Source of the DNA: a bacterium
GTDB lineage: Bacteria > Patescibacteriota > Patescibacteriia > UBA9570
NCBI GenBank assembly: GCA_030698395.1
Contig: JAUYKW010000027.1
Span: 3,174 to 67,173 of the forward strand
Direction: 5' to 3'
DNA: 64,000 nucleotides
The translations under genes and the position numbers were made by a program. Shown piece by piece: positions 59,901 to 64,000 of the stretch (within the stretch, counting starts at the first letter, position 1; every line of letters begins with the position of its first letter). Under the pieces are notes generated by a model. The model made no database searches. It was not told where the DNA came from and saw only the letters and a program-made list of their open reading frames with translations.

Positions 59901-60788
59901 ACCGGTCCAACTGGTTCCATTCCACTTCAGAATGGCACCATTATCTCCAACAGCGTAGCCTAAAGAGGTAGATAAAAAATCCAATCCATTCATAGATTCC
60001 TGAGTTATAACATCGCCAGTTGGAGCAAATACACCCCAGTCAACAGATTGACTAATGGTTATGCTTGCATCGGCTCCAATACCATTTATCTGCGTGTCCG
60101 TTAGTGTTCCAGCGCCAAAGTCTGTATCAGATGTATGTGTAGCATTACTGCCACCACCAGGTATCCATTGATCAAGATTTCCTGACGAAACACCAGTTAA
60201 ACTAATTTGTCCAGCCCTTGTGAAGTCTATATTGCCATCACCTGAATCATACATAGTTGCATCAGACCAGATGGATTGTCCAGAACCGCCAGACCAATCC
60301 GTCTGTGTCCATTCATCTGCATCCCAATTAGTTATATAGCCAATATACTCTTCACTACTTGTTTGGCCTACTGTATTTTCCCATGAAACTGTTACCATAA
60401 TTTGCTTGCTATGAATATCCAAAGTATCACCACCTACACCGCAAGTTACAATATCAAAACTTACATTTCTACATACATCAGCAAAAGAAATTGTTCTCGT
60501 AAAATTACCGATAATTTCACTTGTACCTTCACCATCAAATACCCATTCACTCCCAGAAACAGAAACCGAAGATTGATCATATTCTACGCGATTCCAAGAA
60601 TCATCATGAATCGCGCGCACGGCCTCATAGCCTTCTCTTGCTAAAGCAGTTGCTTCTGCTCTCTGCTGTCCACCGATAGTTCCAGCAAAGCTACCTAGAA
60701 TTGTAGAAACCAAAGCGCCAGCTATAAATGCAAAAATTGCTAGAGCTAATAAAATTTCTACAACTGATTGTCCGGAACGATTTTTCAT
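56919..60788 (-). CDS. Giant PilV-like minor pilin/adhesin with 21 beta-propeller repeats
   Basis: SG|QSVVEILLA prepilin; 21 repeats of about 39 aa (L..V......WAVG..G.I..WNG..W....SP) in 7+7+7 groups. Confidence 0.85.
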   Translation of the reverse strand: MKNRSGQSVVEILLALAIFAFIAGALVSTILGSFAGTIGGQQRAEATALAREGYEAVRAIHDDSWNRVEYDQSSVSVSGSEWVFDGEGTSEIIGNFTRTISFADVCRNVSFDIVTCGVGGDTLDIHSKQIMVTVSWENTVGQTSSEEYIGYITNWDADEWTQTDWSGGSGQSIWSDATMYDSGDGNIDFTRAGQISLTGVSSGNLDQWIPGGGSNATHTSDTDFGAGTLTDTQINGIGADASITISQSVDWGVFAPTGDVITQESMNGLDFLSTSLGYAVGDNGAILKWNGTSWTGVSSGVSTELLSIDIVSANNIWAIGVSGVIIHWNGVTWSTVTSGTTSDLNAIKMISASDGWIVGDGGTILKWNGAIWTSFSSPTSRNLFGVDFVSASDGWAVGWQGEILQWNGTSWSSFSSPTTKQLNGIDCYDTSNCWSAGAGGEIIYYNGSTWFTQSSPTTRILYGVSMLSASSGYISGGTTGTGKILEWNGTTWNDVTPAVAIDTLKDIEALSAIDVHSVGGKNKQPLLVRYNSSVWSDLTSSLGNEDVNSLDMIDASDGWAVANRGTIYEYNGVDWLGVISPTTSNLQGVNCADTANCWAVGQSGTIIYYNGSTWATQTSPTGSLLSSVSMVSSSDGWAVGAGGVIIQWNGSAWATVTSPTGSALNGVHCVSTSDCWAVGAGGVIIQWNGSAWATVTSPTGSALNGVHCSVSNNCWAVGADGVIIQWNGSAWATVTSPTGSALYDIFILNASDAWAVGAGGALLQWNGSAWATVTSPTAKNMYTVNMVASTNVWAAGAQSTFIQYSNLYFLTGTFESSIIDSGSAGATWDWISWVEDTTNPATNLSIDSRTGEVAVPDASWSAYSGAYSNPSGEPIISPNGRYLQYFVTFTTTDANFTSVLEELTVNYNNPTTQNLNAVDMISSTVGYAGGNVGTLFSFDGVAWTSDTSPTSNNIYDLTFIDVNNGWAVGALGTIVQYSTGTWSTVTSPTGNGLNGVEAVNSSVAYVVGDAGTIATWNGTSWSTATSPTGNILNDVDCISSSDCWAVGAAGTIVQWNGSAWSTVTSPTGNNLNAVYMVSSSDAWAMGDGGVIIYWNGISWVSRISQTTNNLNGIDMIATNDGWAVGDAGTLMVYNGIDWALFTSPTTTNLNDISRGDSTEGWTVGDAGLFMKFTRTSTGTYTTSGTLTSSAFDMTDTSPLQVIEWSEVLPACSPSCTIQFQLRTAPDVTGAPGTWTSWFGATGAGTYFTDQNGMLPPTALNGNQWVQYRAEFTGDGISTPILEDVIINYR
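58665..58880. repeat. 99-bp perfect direct repeat, two copies, period 117 bp, inside the adhesin
   Basis: Identical segments at 58665-58763 and 58782-58880; two more partly identical units lie at about 58468-58646. Confidence 0.9.
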
Positions 60789-60789
60789 A

Positions 60790-61242
60790 TTAATAAACTG
60801 CTCCCAAGCTTGTTACTGTTATATAAACTGATTGTACATCTGATGTTATCGTTACAGTTCCTGGATTATCCGGTAAAGCAGATCCTGCAGTAAAATTTAC
60901 TCCTGATAACCCAGAGATTTCAATGTTACCTTTCATTTGAGTTGTTATGTCATATGCTGTATCTCTAGTTGCATAACTAGTCCCCTGGTATAAAGTAAAG
61001 TTTGTTAAAGTAAAATTTACCCCATGTGCCGTACTGTTCTTTTTTCCTTTTGCCCGTTGATGCGCAACGCGAAGTGATTGCACAATTTCTTGTCTGGTTT
61101 GTTCTACTTGAGCTGTGTCCTGACTAGATCCATACAATCCCCCAATTCCAAATATCATTATACTTAAAATAGCAATCACAATTAATAACTCTACGAGTGT
61201 AAAGCCACGTTTATTGCTGTGTAATATTGCCAGTAATTTCAT
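60790..61242 (-). CDS. Minor pilin, FimT/FimU-like
   Basis: RG|FTLVELLIVIAIL; LRVAHQRA...HGV motif. Confidence 0.82.
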   Translation of the reverse strand: MKLLAILHSNKRGFTLVELLIVIAILSIMIFGIGGLYGSSQDTAQVEQTRQEIVQSLRVAHQRAKGKKNSTAHGVNFTLTNFTLYQGTSYATRDTAYDITTQMKGNIEISGLSGVNFTAGSALPDNPGTVTITSDVQSVYITVTSLGAVY

Positions 61243-62323
61243 AAATTGGAGTAATGATAGATATTGCCAATGCGGCCACTACTAATCCTATAAAAATTAG
61301 CATAACAGGTTCGAGTGCTGTTGATAAAGATTTTGTAGTATTATCCAATTCATCATCAAAAAAGTCTGCAAGATAATTGAGATTTTCTTCTATCCTACCG
61401 GATTTCTCTCCTACACTCACTAATCTACTAACAATTTTTGGAAAAATATCCTCATGAAATGCTATATGTTCTGAGACCGATGCACCTCGTTTTACATGTT
61501 TTGTAATGTCTGTAATTGCTTGCTTAAAATAATAATTACTTACAGTATTATGAGTAATCTTTAAAGCATTATCAATTGTTAAACCACTTTTTAATAACAA
61601 ACTTAATGTTCTACAAAATTGAATAAGATTTGTATATTTCACAACTCCCTTAACGATGGGTATCCGTAGCACTATCCAATGAACAACTGGTTGGGAAAAT
61701 TTTTGCCTAATTACCCAAGCCAAAAAACTTCCACCAACTACAACAACTAGAAAAACTTCAATTCCATATTGATCAAAAAAGTTTGATAACCATAAAAGAA
61801 TTCTCGTACTTAAAGGTAACTCTATGCGCAATCCAGAAAAGAAACCGCTTAATTGAGGTAAAACAAAAAGTGCGAAAGAAAATCCTAATATTCCGGCAGC
61901 CCCTAAAACGGTTATTGGATAGATTAAAGCTCCCTTTATTTTATCTCTTAACTCCTTATCTTTTTTTAACTGACTAGCAATATAGGTAAAATTTTGTTCT
62001 AGTGTTCCAGACTCTTCGCCAATTTTAACCATATTTACATATAGTTCTGAAAATACTTTTGGAAATTTTGCTAAAGCATCTGATAATTTCTGTCCAGTTT
62101 CTATTGTTTTCAAAACTTTTATTAGGACTCGACGCATTTTTCCTGAAGATTGATCTACAGTAATTCTAATAGTTTCAACAATCGGAATACCAGAAGCAAG
62201 CATTATTGCACAATATTTTGCAAACAACATCTTTTGCTCTATATTGATTTTACCAATAGTTACTTCATTTTGAAATAAATTTTTTTCAACTAGCGTATCT
62301 TGTTTATTTTTTTTTATAGCCAT
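61211..62323 (-). CDS. pilC: Type IV pilus platform protein PilC/GspF
   Basis: MLASGIPI, GEESGTL, ALIYP, GEKSGRI, LEP. Confidence 0.93.
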   Translation of the reverse strand: MAIKKNKQDTLVEKNLFQNEVTIGKINIEQKMLFAKYCAIMLASGIPIVETIRITVDQSSGKMRRVLIKVLKTIETGQKLSDALAKFPKVFSELYVNMVKIGEESGTLEQNFTYIASQLKKDKELRDKIKGALIYPITVLGAAGILGFSFALFVLPQLSGFFSGLRIELPLSTRILLWLSNFFDQYGIEVFLVVVVGGSFLAWVIRQKFSQPVVHWIVLRIPIVKGVVKYTNLIQFCRTLSLLLKSGLTIDNALKITHNTVSNYYFKQAITDITKHVKRGASVSEHIAFHEDIFPKIVSRLVSVGEKSGRIEENLNYLADFFDDELDNTTKSLSTALEPVMLIFIGLVVAALAISIITPIYEITGNITQQ

Positions 62324-62324
62324 A

Positions 62325-64000
62325 TTATTGGGTTACGCGTAATACTTCTTTTAATGTTGTAGATCCATTTAAAGCTTTTTGCACGCCGTCATCCAACATT
62401 GTGCTCATACCATTACGACGAGCTGCATTCATTATTTTTGATGAGTCTGCTCTCTCCACTACCAAACTTCTTATCTCATCAGTCATTTCTAAAATTTCAA
62501 ATACGCCGACTCTACCCCGATAGCCAGTATTCACACAATTATTACACCCAGCTCCATAAAATGCAGACATAGTTGCTGGATCTTCAATTCCTGCTTTCTT
62601 TAAAGTTTCTAATAACTTAGGTTGATGATTAATGAAGTCAATCGTCTCTTGTAATGGTGGTCCTGAACGAATACAAGAAGAACAAATCTTCCGCAATAAA
62701 CGTTGTGCAATAATGATCCGCACTGTTGAAGCAACTAAAAATGGCTCTACTCCCATATCTATCAATCTTGGTATGGCAGTTGCTGCATCATTTGTATGTA
62801 ATGTAGAGAGTACGAGGTGTCCAGTTAAAGCCGAATTAACAGCAATGCCAGCTGTCTCCTCATCTCTTATTTCACCAACCATCATGATGTCTGGATCTTG
62901 TCGTAAAAGAGATCTTAACCCATCAGCGAAAGTAAGATTTGTTTTTGTGTTGACTTGCACTTGGGTTACACCTTCAATATCATATTCAACTGGATCTTCA
63001 ACTGTTGAAATGTTAACTTCCCGCCGATTTAAAATTTTTAAAATTGCATATAATGATGTAGTTTTTCCACATCCTGTTGGTCCGGTAGATAAAATCATGC
63101 CATGTGGATTTGCAATTGCATCTCGTACGATCTCCATATGTTCCTCACCCATGCCTAAATTTTCCAATGTATATGATCTAGCAACATCACTTAAAATACG
63201 CATAACAGTTTTTTCACCGGATGTGCTAGGCAAGATTGAAACTCTAATATCTATCGTTGTATCACCGTCAACTTCAAATTGTAATTTACCATCTTGAGCA
63301 GATCTATGCTCATCGGTTCTTAATTTTGCTAATATTTTTATCCTAGTGGTCAACAGCTCTAATACATTCTTATTCATGCGGACAATATCATGTAAAATAC
63401 CATCAACTCTTAATCTAATAACTACTTCATCATCAAATGGTTCTACGTGAATATCAGATGCTTTATTATGATAAGCATATGAAATAATTTCATCTACGAT
63501 CTCTACAATCAGATCTTCATTTTCCAGTAACGCATCGGGATTTGCTAAAACGCTTTTGATGCTTTCTCCAATACTACTTTCATAAGATCCGGTAGCCATC
63601 TCAATATCCACTTTGGAAGCGAAGAACAAATCCGCATGTAAACCAGTTTTCTTTTCTACCATACGAACAATCTCCATATCGGTAGGGTCGGCCATAGCAA
63701 TTTTTATACTAGCATCTGTCATTTCATAAGCAATTACCTGTCGTTTTTTTGCTACAAATTCCGGTATTACAGACAATGCCTCTTTAGAAATAGTATGCTG
63801 TGATAAGTTAACAAATCTATAACCATAAAATTCAGCAATTAACTTACCTAACTGTGCATCTGTCAGCCACCCTTTGTTAGTTATGAATTCCCCAATATCT
63901 AAGTCTGAATTTTTTTGAACAGCTAAAGTTATCTCCGCGTACTGTACATCTGTAATGAATCCAGGCTCAACTAATATATTTTTCCATTGATCAATGGTAA
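62325..64000 (-). CDS. pilB: Type IV pilus extension ATPase PilB/GspE (5' end outside window)
   Basis: Frame is open to the window edge; ASDIHVEP, GPTGCGKTT, LRQDPD, TGHLVLSTLHTN, CSSC..CNNC. Confidence 0.95.
   Translation of the reverse strand, partial: TIDQWKNILVEPGFITDVQYAEITLAVQKNSDLDIGEFITNKGWLTDAQLGKLIAEFYGYRFVNLSQHTISKEALSVIPEFVAKKRQVIAYEMTDASIKIAMADPTDMEIVRMVEKKTGLHADLFFASKVDIEMATGSYESSIGESIKSVLANPDALLENEDLIVEIVDEIISYAYHNKASDIHVEPFDDEVVIRLRVDGILHDIVRMNKNVLELLTTRIKILAKLRTDEHRSAQDGKLQFEVDGDTTIDIRVSILPSTSGEKTVMRILSDVARSYTLENLGMGEEHMEIVRDAIANPHGMILSTGPTGCGKTTSLYAILKILNRREVNISTVEDPVEYDIEGVTQVQVNTKTNLTFADGLRSLLRQDPDIMMVGEIRDEETAGIAVNSALTGHLVLSTLHTNDAATAIPRLIDMGVEPFLVASTVRIIIAQRLLRKICSSCIRSGPPLQETIDFINHQPKLLETLKKAGIEDPATMSAFYGAGCNNCVNTGYRGRVGVFEILEMTDEIRSLVVERADSSKIMNAARRNGMSTMLDDGVQKALNGSTTLKEVLRVTQ

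Noticed and set aside
62632-63297. 221-aa plus-strand ORF and the many other 60-145 aa antisense or alternate-frame ORFs
   Set aside because: They are shadows of well-supported genes (pilB, mreB, the RND transporter and others) and carry no motifs of their own.
1-64000. Alternative genetic code (TGA=Gly, as in Gracilibacteria/Absconditabacteria)
   Set aside because: Conserved genes are full length under code 11, and TGA ends infA and mnmA at the expected positions.

Overview
Gene-dense, AT-rich bacterial chromosome segment, mostly minus strand, standard code 11 (TGA is a stop, e.g. infA and mnmA). The gene content suggests Patescibacteria/CPR, possibly ABY1-like; this is inference, based on a short RpoA without alpha-CTD, minimal AlaRS and ProRS, a DUF4012/mreB2/GT cluster, a type IV pilus locus and near absence of Shine-Dalgarno sites. 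In order: ddl-alr-vanX-like D-Ala module; serS; lysS fused to an HD domain; greA; mreBCD-PBP2; proS, rseP, frr, a BNR lipoprotein, holB; a surface-glycan cluster with a second mreB; the infA-rpmJ-alpha-rplM-rpsI operon; alaS; mnmA with an unannotated, coupled 46-aa Cys-rich ORF; pdxST; a DD-carboxypeptidase; a Ca-repeat membrane protein; an orphan HAMP kinase; riboflavin synthase and a riboflavin kinase with no canonical start codon; a beta-CASP nuclease, Ham1, NAD kinase, aminotransferase, RND transporter, NUDIX, RlmD and PfpI; an acpS/acyl-AMP ligase/ACP-acyltransferase module; and a type IV pilus cluster with a 1289-aa pilin carrying 21 beta-propeller blades. No rRNA, tRNA, CRISPR or mobile element was seen. 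Best candidates for novelty: the putative lipid-salvage module, the LysRS-HD fusion, the Cys-rich microprotein, the start-less riboflavin kinase, the giant pilin-adhesin, and a recurring extended -10/leaderless promoter architecture.
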